64,000 nt of DNA, from the NCBI GenBank assembly GCA_016192455.1, contig JACPUC010000006.1, positions 1 to 64,000 of the forward strand. The letters run 5' to 3'. Under the pieces are notes generated by a model that saw only the letters and a program-made list of their open reading frames with translations, made no database searches and was not told where the DNA came from. The position numbers were made by a program, and so were the translations under genes. The stretch is from Candidatus Tectimicrobiota bacterium (lineage in GTDB: Bacteria; JACPUC01). Numbering within the stretch: position 1 is the stretch's first letter; each line of letters starts with the position of its first letter. Below are positions 54,368 through 64,000 of this stretch, in pieces.

Positions 54368-55968
54368 TTACCTCCCTGCCGCCCCCGCCCGAGCGGCAGG
54401 GTTGGACGGCGCGGCGGTGCCCGGGGACGAACCGGGGGACGACGCAGCGGGGGGCGGCGCCGTCTCGCTTGGCGCCCCGGGGCGCACGAAGATCGGGTTC
54501 GACACCACGTAGTTCGGGCGCGGCCCCTGCACGTAAATCCGATAGAATGCCGGCTCCTTGTGATCCGCTTGCGCATCCCGACGCAGGACTCGCAGCGGCG
54601 TGGTTCCTTGCAGCAAGTCCATGCGCCTGCCGGAGCGGATGATCTCCACCGTCACCGCCACGCGCTGCTGATTGGTCGCCGCCACGATCACCTCCACCTG
54701 CGGCGCCTCGATGCTGGGGACGCTGGGGGGGCCCTGGAGAACGAGCGTCTCACCCGCCTGCGCAGATTTTCCCGTCGTCACATCCGTGAGGGTGAAGGTG
54801 TGCAGGACGAGCTGGTAGTCATCGCCGCGGCGCAACGCATACATGCGGCCGCGACGCAGGGCATCCAGCGCCGCCGCGGCGCTGAGCTCCGGCACGAGGA
54901 GGACGCTCTGCACGTGGGAGAGCCTGGTGCCCGGCTGGTCGAGGTGAAAGTCGATGCCGCCCACGCCCCACAGCGGCTTGGAGCGTTCGCCCCGCAGGTA
55001 CTGCAGGAGCGCCATGTCCCACTGCATCCCCGCTTCGGTGATGTGGATCGTATCCTGGTAGGCCGTCTCCACCCCGTCGGCTCCAAACGTTTTCAAGATA
55101 TCATTGGGGTAGCGCTTCGTCTCCATCTTGATGATGCCCAGGTCCTGGACGTCGCGATTCGATTCGGGGTGGGCCCAGAAGGCCAGGATGTCCTGCTCGT
55201 TGGCGTAGTTCAACACCTCCTGGTACGGCGCCACTCCCTGATCGCCGTCGAACTGGGTGAAGGCGGAACTTCGGAAGGGATGGGTGTCAAGGATCGCCAG
55301 GATGCCGAGGATCGCCAGGCCGAGACCCGCCCAGCGCTGCCATCCCCCCAGAACGAGCAGGATCATGCCGATGAGCGCAGCGAAAAAAAAACTAGGCTGG
55401 GCAGCAGGAGGCGGGGAAGGTAGCGCCGCGACAGCTTCCCATGCAGCACCGGCAGCCCATTGATCTGCTCGGCAGAGCGAAAACCGATGAGGAGGAGATG
55501 CTTGTGCCAGTTGTTCGCCGTCAGGCTGTTCAGCGGATTGCCGCTCCAGTAGTAGAACGGCACCGACTCGATCCCCGGCAGCAGCACGAGATCGGGGTTC
55601 TGGGCGCTGAGCTGCTGGATCGTCTCCAGGTAGCGGGCGGCGCCGTACTGGAAGACTCCGCCTTGACTCTGCTTGCGGCGCAGCAGGTTGCGGAAGGGAG
55701 GCAGGCCATAGGCCAGGCTGACCGCCTCGTGGTCGGCGAAGACCACAACCTTGATGCCCGCCTGGCGCGCCAGGTCCACGATCTCCTCCGGCGAATGGGC
55801 GCCGGTGCTCACCGTCGTCTGCACGTGCAGCGCGGCGGGAGCCTGGAGGTACTGGGCCGCCGCGGCTCCGCCCCAGAGGGCAAGCACGCACCCCAGCAGC
55901 ACGAGCCTTAGGAGGCCGTCCGTTGTCCGGCGAGCGATCGGAGGGGTTCGTTCTTGGTGCGCGGACAT
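54368..55968 (-). CDS. PHP-like metallophosphoesterase membrane/exported protein, split by a frameshift at a T9 tract (55383-55391)
   Basis: N-terminal half LHVQTTVSTG..ADH..GIE..HKHLL; C-terminal half FWAHPES..GGIDFH..LRRGRMY; one extra T joins the frames (PSLVFFFAALIG). Confidence 0.7.
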
Positions 55969-56065
55969 GGGCGGAAGCCTCGTGGCGCTCATCCGGCAGG
56001 CGCGGTTGTTCTCTTGTAGCAAATCGCCCCCCTTGCCGCAAGCCGAAAGGTGAGTTCCGCGGCAG

Positions 56066-56716
56066 CTACGCGAGGCGCACGCCGCCACGGCTGTCGTGCC
56101 GGTCGATGGCCAGCCACGCCCGCATGACGTGGAAGGCTTCGGCGAGCAGCGCCCGTCCCTGGATGCCGCGGAAATGCGCCGCGCCCCGCGCCGTGTCGAG
56201 GATTGTCAGGCCCTCCACGTTCGTCTTCGACAGTTGCGAGGCATGCGCCTTGAGCGCCGCTTCCTTGATCGCGTAGACGTTCGAAATGTCCGAGAAGACC
56301 TGCGGGGTGAAGCCAAGCGTCGACGGCACCTCGTAGAAGAGCACGGTGCGGATGTGCCGCGCCGCGGAGAGGGTCGAGAGCGCCAGGTTGCGATGATCCT
56401 GGTGCGTGTCCTCGGTGTAGTTGACGAAGATCATGCTCGGCGCCACTTCGTTGATCACCGCCTCGATGGAGTCGATGACCTCCTTCGAGTTGGGGACCCG
56501 GGTATCCTCGTAGTCACCGAGGAAGAGCTTGGACACCTGCAGGATCTGCTGCGAGGCAAGTTGCTCCTGGCCGCGCCCCTCGCGATCGCCGCCGCTTCCC
56601 CCCTTGGTCATCACCAGCATGAATGTTTCGTGGCCGTTGCGGGCCAGGTTCACGAGCGTGCCGGCGCAGCCGAACTCGATGTCATCCGGATGCGCTCCGA
56701 TGGCCAGAACCCTCAT
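56066..56716 (-). CDS. PIG-L/LmbE-family deacetylase
   Basis: AIGAHPDDIEFGC.G, DTHQDH, AHASQ, AEAF; GAGGAG RBS. Confidence 0.92.
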   Translation of the reverse strand: MRVLAIGAHPDDIEFGCAGTLVNLARNGHETFMLVMTKGGSGGDREGRGQEQLASQQILQVSKLFLGDYEDTRVPNSKEVIDSIEAVINEVAPSMIFVNYTEDTHQDHRNLALSTLSAARHIRTVLFYEVPSTLGFTPQVFSDISNVYAIKEAALKAHASQLSKTNVEGLTILDTARGAAHFRGIQGRALLAEAFHVMRAWLAIDRHDSRGGVRLA

Positions 56717-56741
56717 GGTTTCACTCCTCATGCCGCTCGGT

Positions 56742-57902
56742 TCAGGTGCGGCGCCGCAACAGCTCCTGGTAGAGGTCGTCGATGAGCGCCACCATGCCGA
56801 CCGCGCTGAAATGCTCGGCATGGCGCTGCGCCGCTGCGGCGAAACGCTGGCGCCGCGGCGCATTGGTCAGGAGCGCCTCGCACGCCCTGGCCAGCGCGGC
56901 CGCGTCGGCGGGCGGCACGAGGAGGCCGGTCCCCCCCTCGACGACGATGTCGGGAATGCCCCCCACCCGCGTCGCCACCACCGGCACGCGCGCCGCCTGG
57001 GCCTCCAGGAGCGCCCTCCCCATCCCCTCGTTGAGGGAGGCCAGCACGAACAGGTCGAGCGCGCCCAGGAGACGCGGCACATCAGCACGCCAGCCGAGGA
57101 AGCGCACGCTCTCGCCCAACCCCAGGCGGGCGGACTGCGCGGCAAGCGGCGCCTGTAGCTCGCCGTCGCCCATGAGCAGGAGCGTTGCCGTGGGGACGCG
57201 CCGCCGAAGCTGCGCGAACGCATCAATGAGATAGCAGTGCCCCTTGATGGAGGTCAAGCGCGCCGCGCAGCCGACGGCGAGGCTCTCCCCCGTCAGGCCG
57301 AGCTCGGCGCGCACCGCCGCCCGCTGCGCCGCCGCCTGCCGGTATGGTTCGAGATCGATGCCGCTGTAGATGGCGCGAAAGAGCGCCGGCGGCCCGACCC
57401 CAAGGGTCACATGCTCGGCGGCGCCGCGCTCGGTCAGGGTGATGATGCGATCGGTGACGCGCGCCGTGCGGCGTTCGGCCAGCAACATGGCGCGCGTCAT
57501 CCAGGGGCCGAAGTAGCCGTAGAAGACGTGCCCGTGCGGGGTGTGCACGAGGTGCGGCACGCCGGCCCACCGCGCCGCCCAGCGCCCCAGGATGCCGGCC
57601 TTCGAGGAGTGGGTGTGGACGAGATCGTAGCGCTTGCGGCGCAGGTAGCGCCAGAGGTTGAGAAGGGCGCGCGCGTCGGCGGCGGGGGCGATGTCGCGGT
57701 GCAGGGCGGGGACGACGAGGAGCGGCACGCCGGCGCGCCGCAGCCGCGCCCGCGCCGCACCCAGGCCCTCTTCGGTGCGCCCCACCGCCAGGTGTACTTC
57801 GTAGCGCTCCTTGTCGAGGCCGCAGACGGTCAGCAGCGTATTCTCGCTGGAGCCGCCGGCATCGAGCCGCGTGATGATATGAAGGACTCGCCAGCGGCCC
57901 AC
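56742..57902 (-). CDS. Glycosyltransferase family 4
   Basis: HIITRLDAGG, HTHSSKAG, KGH, EGMGRALLEAQA. Confidence 0.92.
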   Translation of the reverse strand: MGRWRVLHIITRLDAGGSSENTLLTVCGLDKERYEVHLAVGRTEEGLGAARARLRRAGVPLLVVPALHRDIAPAADARALLNLWRYLRRKRYDLVHTHSSKAGILGRWAARWAGVPHLVHTPHGHVFYGYFGPWMTRAMLLAERRTARVTDRIITLTERGAAEHVTLGVGPPALFRAIYSGIDLEPYRQAAAQRAAVRAELGLTGESLAVGCAARLTSIKGHCYLIDAFAQLRRRVPTATLLLMGDGELQAPLAAQSARLGLGESVRFLGWRADVPRLLGALDLFVLASLNEGMGRALLEAQAARVPVVATRVGGIPDIVVEGGTGLLVPPADAAALARACEALLTNAPRRQRFAAAAQRHAEHFSAVGMVALIDDLYQELLRRRT

Positions 57903-57905
57903 GCC

Positions 57906-59054
57906 TCACGTCTCCCCTGCCGGACTCGGCGCGCAAGGCGCCCGGCAACCTTCGAGCACCGCCAGGATGCGCCGCGCAATGACCTCTTGGTTGAAGGCCT
58001 GCGACCGTTTCAGGCCGAGGGCGGCGAGGCGCTCGCGTTCGGCGGTATCGTTGAGGAGGCGTTGCATGGCGGCATGGAGGGCCTGCGGGTCGTCGGGATC
58101 GACGTAGAGGGCGCAGTCGCCGGCCACCTCGGGCAGCGAGGTGCGGTTCGAGCAGATTACCGGCGCGCCGCAGGCCATGGCCTCCAGCACGGGCAGGCCG
58201 AAGCCCTCGTAGCGCGAGGGAAAGACGAAGAGGTGCGCCATGCCGTACAGCCCCGCAAGGTCCTCATCCGGGACGGCTTCCGCAAACGTCACCTGGTCCC
58301 CCACCCGCAACTGCCGCACCTGCGTCTCAACCGCCGCGCGACCGCTCCGCCGGCCCGCCACCAGGACGAGCCGGTGCGCCCGCCGCTGCTCGTCGCTGAG
58401 CCGCGCATAGGCGCGCAGGAGACCCTCCACGTTCTTATGCGGACGAAAGTTGCCGACGTAGAGGAGGTACGGGCCGTCGAGGCCGTAGCGCCGCGCCGTG
58501 GCGCGCGCCTGCTCGCGCTGCCGTGGCGGGCGGAAGTGCGCCGCCAGCCCCAGCGGCACCGTCTCCACCTTGCCCTCCGCGGCCGGGAAGAAGCGCAGGA
58601 TGTCCCGCCGCGAGTGCTCGGAATCGGTGATGATGCGCCTGGCCGCGCGCACCGCCAGGGCGCCGTAGCGGCGCAAGAGCCAGCGCCGCCAGAGGGGCTG
58701 CTCGCGTCGGTACTCCGGCAGGATGAAGAACATGAGGTCGTGGATGGTGATGACCAGCGGGCAGGGGCTGCAGAGGGGTCCCTTCAGGTAAGGGGAGAGG
58801 AAGACCTCCACCCGATCGCGCCGCAGCCGCCGCGCCAGCGTCACCTGATCCCACCACAGCGCCAGCCGCTCCGGCAGGCAACGCCACTGGACATTGGGCG
58901 CCCGGAGATGCGGCACGGTCTTCTGGTTGCCGTAGAGGAGAAAGGTGATGTCGGGACGCTCGCGGACGTTCACCGCCAGGAAGTTGCGCAGGTAGCGCTG
59001 AATCCCCGTCGTCGTGCCGCCTGCGAACTCGCGGGCGTCAATTCCCAGGCGCAT
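57906..59054 (-). CDS. Glycosyltransferase family 4
   Basis: [36 protein letters not shown]. Confidence 0.92.
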   Translation of the reverse strand: MRLGIDAREFAGGTTTGIQRYLRNFLAVNVRERPDITFLLYGNQKTVPHLRAPNVQWRCLPERLALWWDQVTLARRLRRDRVEVFLSPYLKGPLCSPCPLVITIHDLMFFILPEYRREQPLWRRWLLRRYGALAVRAARRIITDSEHSRRDILRFFPAAEGKVETVPLGLAAHFRPPRQREQARATARRYGLDGPYLLYVGNFRPHKNVEGLLRAYARLSDEQRRAHRLVLVAGRRSGRAAVETQVRQLRVGDQVTFAEAVPDEDLAGLYGMAHLFVFPSRYEGFGLPVLEAMACGAPVICSNRTSLPEVAGDCALYVDPDDPQALHAAMQRLLNDTAERERLAALGLKRSQAFNQEVIARRILAVLEGCRAPCAPSPAGET

Positions 59055-59094
59055 GGCGGTGGCATCCCTCTCTGAACCGCCGCTCCGCCCGGGC

Positions 59095-60219
59095 TCAGGC
59101 CGGGGAGCGGCCTGCGGTCCGGGCGCCGAGCAGGCGCGCGTAGAGCTGCTCGACCCGCTCGGCATGCTGCTGGATGCTGAAGTGGCTGGCGACGCGGCGC
59201 GCTCCGGCCTCCGCGATGCCGCGCCGCAGCTCCTCATTGCCGAGGAGACGGCTGATGGCATCGGCCAGCGCTTCCGCATCGCCCGCCGGAACGAGGAGCC
59301 CGCTGCGGCCGTCCTCGATGATCTCCGGCACGCCGCCCGCCGCCGTCGCCACCACCGGCGTCTCCGCCGCCATGGCCTCGATGAGGACGCGCCCGAAATG
59401 CTCCTCCAGGGAGGAGAGGACGAAGACGTCGAGGGCCGCCATGACGTTGGGGATGTCCTCGCGGTGGCCGGCGAAGTGCAGCCGTGCGCCCAGCTCCAGG
59501 CGGCGGGCCTCCTCTTCGAGCTCGCCGCGCAGCGGGCCATCCCCCACGACGATGAAGCGCACCTCCTTATGTTGCATGGCCAGGAGCGCCGCGGCCCGAA
59601 GGAAGTAACGCTGGCCCTTGAACGGCACCAGGCGGCTGACGTTGCCGACGAGCCGCACGCCGCTCGCGCCTCCCCACGCCGTCCGCAGCGGCGACGGGCG
59701 GGGCGCGGCCTGAAAGGCGGCCACGTCGACGCCGTTATGGATGACCGTGACCTTCGCGGCGGCCCAGTGCGCGAACCTGAACCGCTGCGCCGTGGCCAAG
59801 GAGTTCGCCACGATGGCGCTGGCGAGCGCCGCCAGGGGGGCGTCGAGCCAGCGGTCGCGCTCGATGATGCGGACGTGCCAGATGCACGGCACCCCGGCCC
59901 AGCGGGCCGCCGCCCCACCGTACACCATGCAGCGCGAGCCGTTCGCGTGCACGAGGTCGAACCCCTGCCGCAGCAGGCGCACGAAGGCGGGGATGGCGCG
60001 CAGCGCCGCCACGGGCGGCACCTGCCGCAGGCTCGGCATGGGAGCGAGACAGACCGGCACGCCGAGCGCCCGCAGGCGCGGCACGAGGCTCCCCTCGGAG
60101 GGGCAGACCACGGTCGGATCGTAGCGCTCCCGGTCGAGCGCCCCCAACAGGCCGAGGAGGCTGATCTCGCCACCGCCCACGATGTTCCCGCTATTGGCGA
60201 GTATCAGGACGCGCGGCAT
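59095..60219 (-). CDS. Glycosyltransferase family 4
   Basis: GGGE, NGVD, KGQ, EHFGRVLIEAMAA. Confidence 0.92.
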   Translation of the reverse strand: MPRVLILANSGNIVGGGEISLLGLLGALDRERYDPTVVCPSEGSLVPRLRALGVPVCLAPMPSLRQVPPVAALRAIPAFVRLLRQGFDLVHANGSRCMVYGGAAARWAGVPCIWHVRIIERDRWLDAPLAALASAIVANSLATAQRFRFAHWAAAKVTVIHNGVDVAAFQAAPRPSPLRTAWGGASGVRLVGNVSRLVPFKGQRYFLRAAALLAMQHKEVRFIVVGDGPLRGELEEEARRLELGARLHFAGHREDIPNVMAALDVFVLSSLEEHFGRVLIEAMAAETPVVATAAGGVPEIIEDGRSGLLVPAGDAEALADAISRLLGNEELRRGIAEAGARRVASHFSIQQHAERVEQLYARLLGARTAGRSPA

Positions 60220-60292
60220 GCCTGCTCCGCACCTCCTTCCCTCCGTATCAACCTCTCTCCTCGCCGCCGCCCCATCATGCCCGCAGCCCGCC

Positions 60293-61297
60293 TCAGCGGC
60301 GCCAGCGGCGCGCCGCAAGCCCCTGCAAGCGCCCGACGTCAAGGCTGAAATCGAGCACGAGCTTCACGAGCGGCACCGTGAGCCAGACGGCCAGGCTGCG
60401 TGCCCGCCCCAGGCTGCGGTAGTAGCGGTAGCCGTAGAAGTAGCGGCTCAGCATCGCCGCGTAGTAGATCGCCGCAAGCAGCGCCAGGACCGGCAGACTC
60501 GTCACGCCGGTCACGAGCAGCAGGAGAAGGAGCAGCGCCAGCCGGAGGGTCATGGAGCTGGCCGCCATGCCCGCGAAGTGGCGAGGCGGCGCGTCCGTGT
60601 ACTTCGCGAGTTCCGCCTGGCTGTTCCCCCGGCGGATGAACCAGCGCGCCAACCCCCGCCAACTGCCCCGCGGCTTGTGGTAGACGACCGCCGCCGGCGT
60701 GTAGCGGCAGCGATGGCGGGCTGCCACGCGCGAGGCGAGGAGCTGGTCTTCGCCGCCATACGTCGTATCCATGGCGAAGCCTCCCGCCTCCTCCAGGGCG
60801 GCGCGCCGGTACGCGCAGTTGCAGGTTGAGAGGGCCCGCGTATCGTGCGCCCGGCCGTTCGCCCGCACCACGTACTTCAGACCGCCGCCGGGGAAGCCGA
60901 GGATGTTCTCGCAGTAACCGAGGGTGTTCGTGGGCTCGACGAGGACGGCGCCGGCCACCCCCGCCACATCAGGCTCGAAGGCGCGCACGAGCTCCGCGGC
61001 CCAAGTCGGCTCCACCACGCAGTCGTCGTCCGTGAACAGGAGGAGGTCGTGCCGCGCTTGGGATACCGCGACGCGGCGCGTGTGGCCGTAGCCCCGATGC
61101 TCCAGCGGGATGGTGACGTAGCGCACCCCTTCGGGAGGGCGCGGATCGTCCGTCTCCTCAACGACTACGATCTCCAGCTTCTGCCGCGGGTAGTCGAGCT
61201 GCCGCAGGGAAGCGAGGGCGCGGTCGAGTTCGGCGCGCCGGTCCTTCGTGCTCACCAGGATCGAGATCGCCGGCGCTGCATCGTGGCTGTCTCCCAT
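60293..61297 (-). CDS. Glycosyltransferase family 2 with C-terminal TM segments
   Basis: ISILVSTKDR, LLFTDDDC, GGF..GGED. Confidence 0.88.
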   Translation of the reverse strand: MGDSHDAAPAISILVSTKDRRAELDRALASLRQLDYPRQKLEIVVVEETDDPRPPEGVRYVTIPLEHRGYGHTRRVAVSQARHDLLLFTDDDCVVEPTWAAELVRAFEPDVAGVAGAVLVEPTNTLGYCENILGFPGGGLKYVVRANGRAHDTRALSTCNCAYRRAALEEAGGFAMDTTYGGEDQLLASRVAARHRCRYTPAAVVYHKPRGSWRGLARWFIRRGNSQAELAKYTDAPPRHFAGMAASSMTLRLALLLLLLLVTGVTSLPVLALLAAIYYAAMLSRYFYGYRYYRSLGRARSLAVWLTVPLVKLVLDFSLDVGRLQGLAARRWRR

Positions 61298-61380
61298 GGA
61301 CCACCTGCGGGTGAACGCCGCCCTCCCCGCCTTCCTTGCCGGCCGCGGCACGGCCGCCGCGCAGCCGCGGCGGCACCAAC

Positions 61381-62442
61381 CTAGAGACAGACCGACCGGT
61401 AGCGTACTGATCCATACCAGCGCCCAAGCGTCAGCGCGGCGGACTTCAGGAGGAGGAGGCCGGTGCATTGAAGGCCGGCGGCGCGACCGCCTCGCAGGCC
61501 GATCTGGCGCATGCGCCGCCTGATATCGCGCTCGACGTAGGCAAGGTACGCGGCCGCCAGGAGAAGCGCAAGGGGCTGCCACCAGGCCAGCAGGAGGAGC
61601 GCCGCGAGCTTCTTCTCCGCCGAGGCCAGGTCGATCCAGGCGCTCAGCCGCCCCCAGCGCCACTCGCAGAACTTGCCGGGCAGCACGAGCGCCAGGCGCG
61701 GCTCGTAGTAGCGCCGCAGCCCCAGGGCGTGGGCCTTCCCGAAGCCGAAGCTCTGCCGCAGCATGCCGCGCAGGGTGCCGCGGTGAACGTGGAGGACGAG
61801 CGCCTCCTCCGTGTAGCGGATGGCGTACCCGGCGCGGTAGATGCGACCACAGAGATCGTAGTCCTCGCCGTAGATCGGGATGCGGCGGTCGAATCCCCCC
61901 AGTTCCAGGAAGAGGGCGCGGCGCACCGCGAAGTTCGCCGTCGGGAAGCCGCCCGCCCTCGGCGTGATGCTCCGGAACACTGCCCCCCGCGCCGCGCCGC
62001 GCAAGGTGAACAGGCAGAGGAAGAGCTGCAGGACGTTGCGCGGCGTCTTGCCCGCGATGTTGCCCGCCACCGCGCCGATGGTCGGGTCCTCCCCGAAGGC
62101 CGCGGCGAGTCGTTCGATCCAATCCGGCGCCGGCTCGCAGTCGGCGTCCGTCATGCAGACGAGGTCGCCGGCCGCGGCCTCGACCCCGCGGTTGCGGGCC
62201 GCCGCGGCGCCGCGAAACGGCTCCTGCAAGAGCTTCACGCCGGCGACCGCCTGCTCGTCGATGAAGCGCTCGATGCAGGCCACCGTCTCATCCGTCGAGT
62301 TGTTGTCGACGATGAGGACCTCGACGGGAGGCTGCGTCTGGCGCCGCAGCGCCTCCAGGCAGCCGCGGATCGTCGCGGCGCCGTTGTAAACCGGCACGAC
62401 GACGGAGACGCGCCGCGGCGAGGCCGGGCTTGCTACCCGCAT
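61381..62442 (-). CDS. Glycosyltransferase family 2
   Basis: VSVVVPVYN, VDNNSTD, ARNRG, TDADC, GGFD..GEDYDL. Confidence 0.9.
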   Translation of the reverse strand: MRVASPASPRRVSVVVPVYNGAATIRGCLEALRRQTQPPVEVLIVDNNSTDETVACIERFIDEQAVAGVKLLQEPFRGAAAARNRGVEAAAGDLVCMTDADCEPAPDWIERLAAAFGEDPTIGAVAGNIAGKTPRNVLQLFLCLFTLRGAARGAVFRSITPRAGGFPTANFAVRRALFLELGGFDRRIPIYGEDYDLCGRIYRAGYAIRYTEEALVLHVHRGTLRGMLRQSFGFGKAHALGLRRYYEPRLALVLPGKFCEWRWGRLSAWIDLASAEKKLAALLLLAWWQPLALLLAAAYLAYVERDIRRRMRQIGLRGGRAAGLQCTGLLLLKSAALTLGRWYGSVRYRSVCL

Positions 62443-62750
62443 GTCGGTGCTCCAGGACGGAGGACGCCCGCGGCGAGGCCGGCATGCGCCTCCCCACCAC
62501 ATAGTGTATGCTGGGGAGCCTACGGGAGCAAAGCGGCGCAGGGGAACCACCCGCGCCGCCTCGGCCTCCGCGCGCCGTCGCCGCAATCGTCCACCTTCGC
62601 GGCGCGCCGTCGCCGGTGCGGGAGCTGAACCCAGGCGCCCGGACGCGGCGGGGGCGTCAGGGCGGCGGCATCTCCTTCCAGGCCGGGAGGGCTCGGAAGG
62701 GTGTCGGCGCGTCGGTCCCCTCTCGACACTCCTGCCGGCGGATCGTCCCC

Positions 62751-63875
62751 ATGGCCACGATCACCATCGACGCCTTACCCCTGCTTGCCGAAGGCGGCAT
62801 CAGCAACTACGTCCGCCCGTTCACGCACGCCCTCCTGGAGCAGAACGAGAGCCACGCCATCCGCTTGCTCTTCCGCCTCGGCCGGCGGCGACAGCGCCGC
62901 GAGCGCTACGCGGCCTACCGCCGCCGGCGCCCCGCGACCTCCGAACGCGATCTCCTCGTGTCGCTGCCGGACCGCCTCGTGCGGCTCCTTTGGTGCTCCC
63001 CCTGGAGCCTGCCGCCGCCATGCGGAGCCGGTCGGTCCGAGTACTTCCTCGCCACCACGGAATTGCTGCCCCGCTGGCGGCGGGTGCGGAAGGTGCAGAT
63101 CGTGTACGACCTCAACCCGCTGCGCCTGCCGCAGTTCTTCCGCCTTGACCATGCCGCCTTCCGGCGCGCCCGCGAGCGCCAGGCGGCGGCCTGCGAGCTG
63201 ATCATCGCCATTTCCCGCTCAACGCAGCAGGACGTCATCGAGCTCCTGCGGGTGCCGGAGGAGAAGACCCTCCTCCTCTACCCGGGCCCGCCGCAGCTTG
63301 CCGGGCCGGCACCGGAAGCCGAGCTCGCGGTACAGCCGGAGCGGCCCTATATCCTCTACATCGGCGCCCTGGCCCTGAACAAGAATGTGGACGGCCTGCT
63401 GCGCATCTTTGCGCGCTGCGTGCACGAGCATGGGCTCGACTACCATCTCTACCTCACCGGCAAGGATTTCCTCGGCGAGGAGTTCCGCGATCGGCTGCTG
63501 GGGGAGCTGCGCCTGGGCGGGCGCGTCCACTTCCTGTCGTGGATTCCCGAGGCGCACCTGGTGCGCTACTTGCTCGAGGCCCGCATGCTCTGGCTCTTCT
63601 CCTGGTACGAGGGCTTTGGGCTGCCGGTCCTCGAGGCGGCCTGTCGCGGCACTCCCGTGCTCTGCAGCAACCGCGGCTCGCTGCCGGAGATTCTCGCGGC
63701 GCCGGAGCAGCTCATCGATCCCGACCAGGAAGAGGAGGCCGCGGCGTATGCGGCGCGCGTCTGCCGCGACGACGCCCTCCTCGCCGCCTGGGCGCGGCGC
63801 GCCAGGGAGCGCGCCCGCTGCTTCTCCTGGGAGCGCTCGGCCGCCGCGCTGCTGGCCTGGTTCAACGCGCACTAA
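62751..63875 (+). CDS. Glycosyltransferase family 4
   Basis: [27 protein letters not shown]. Confidence 0.88.
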   Translation: MATITIDALPLLAEGGISNYVRPFTHALLEQNESHAIRLLFRLGRRRQRRERYAAYRRRRPATSERDLLVSLPDRLVRLLWCSPWSLPPPCGAGRSEYFLATTELLPRWRRVRKVQIVYDLNPLRLPQFFRLDHAAFRRARERQAAACELIIAISRSTQQDVIELLRVPEEKTLLLYPGPPQLAGPAPEAELAVQPERPYILYIGALALNKNVDGLLRIFARCVHEHGLDYHLYLTGKDFLGEEFRDRLLGELRLGGRVHFLSWIPEAHLVRYLLEARMLWLFSWYEGFGLPVLEAACRGTPVLCSNRGSLPEILAAPEQLIDPDQEEEAAAYAARVCRDDALLAAWARRARERARCFSWERSAAALLAWFNAH

Positions 63876-64000
63876 GGCGACGCCGGAGGCGATGCGGGCC
63901 GCGTTCCGCCAGGTCTCCTCTTGCGTGGGTCCGGCGTGACGGCAAGCGTGGAATGTGCGGTCCCGGCCCGTGACGAGGGAAGGTTGCGGAGCCTGCTTGA

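Overview
High-GC bacterial chromosome segment, taxon not determinable from sequence alone. Left to right: (1) 0.2-5.6 kb small membrane/hypothetical genes, a tandem-domain universal stress protein and a queD-folE-SDR pterin cluster. (2) 6.4-24.0 kb surface-polysaccharide locus (ExeA-type ATPase, HD-GYP protein, Wza, Wzc, Wzy/O-antigen-ligase-like protein, GT2, flippase, GT4). Embedded in it is a divergently transcribed RiPP-like cassette: a Tat-like/YxxP precursor peptide with a near-consensus sigma70 promoter, a PqqD/RRE protein, an HPr-kinase-like kinase and a nucleotidyltransferase. (3) ~24.1-44.1 kb decayed genomic island ending at the 3' end of tRNA-Gly(GCC). It carries an integrase remnant and an organosulfur/aromatic catabolic cluster (SDR, ComD/E-like TPP decarboxylase, two TauA/SsuA-like binding proteins, UbiD, a UGA-recoded AhpD-like selenoprotein with a SECIS-like hairpin, AprA/AsfA-like flavoprotein plus ferredoxin, NAD(P)H oxidoreductase, arylsulfotransferase). 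It also carries an IS256 pseudogene punctured by 20-27 bp palindromic mini-inserts, a CRISPR-associated HEPN remnant, a small-terminase remnant and a collapsed SNF2/DUF1156/DUF499 defence locus. The methyltransferase ORF of that locus contains an in-frame REP-associated tyrosine transposase, and about 17 REP copies lie across the locus, most of them translated. (4) 44.5-52.6 kb housekeeping-type genes (matrixin protease, PpiC, queG, SDR, DUF971, Mrp). (5) 53.1-63.9 kb second glycan locus (WecA/MraY-like, PHP-like gene frameshifted at a T9 tract, PIG-L deacetylase, four GT4, two GT2). All family calls come from motif recognition by eye; no database search was run.
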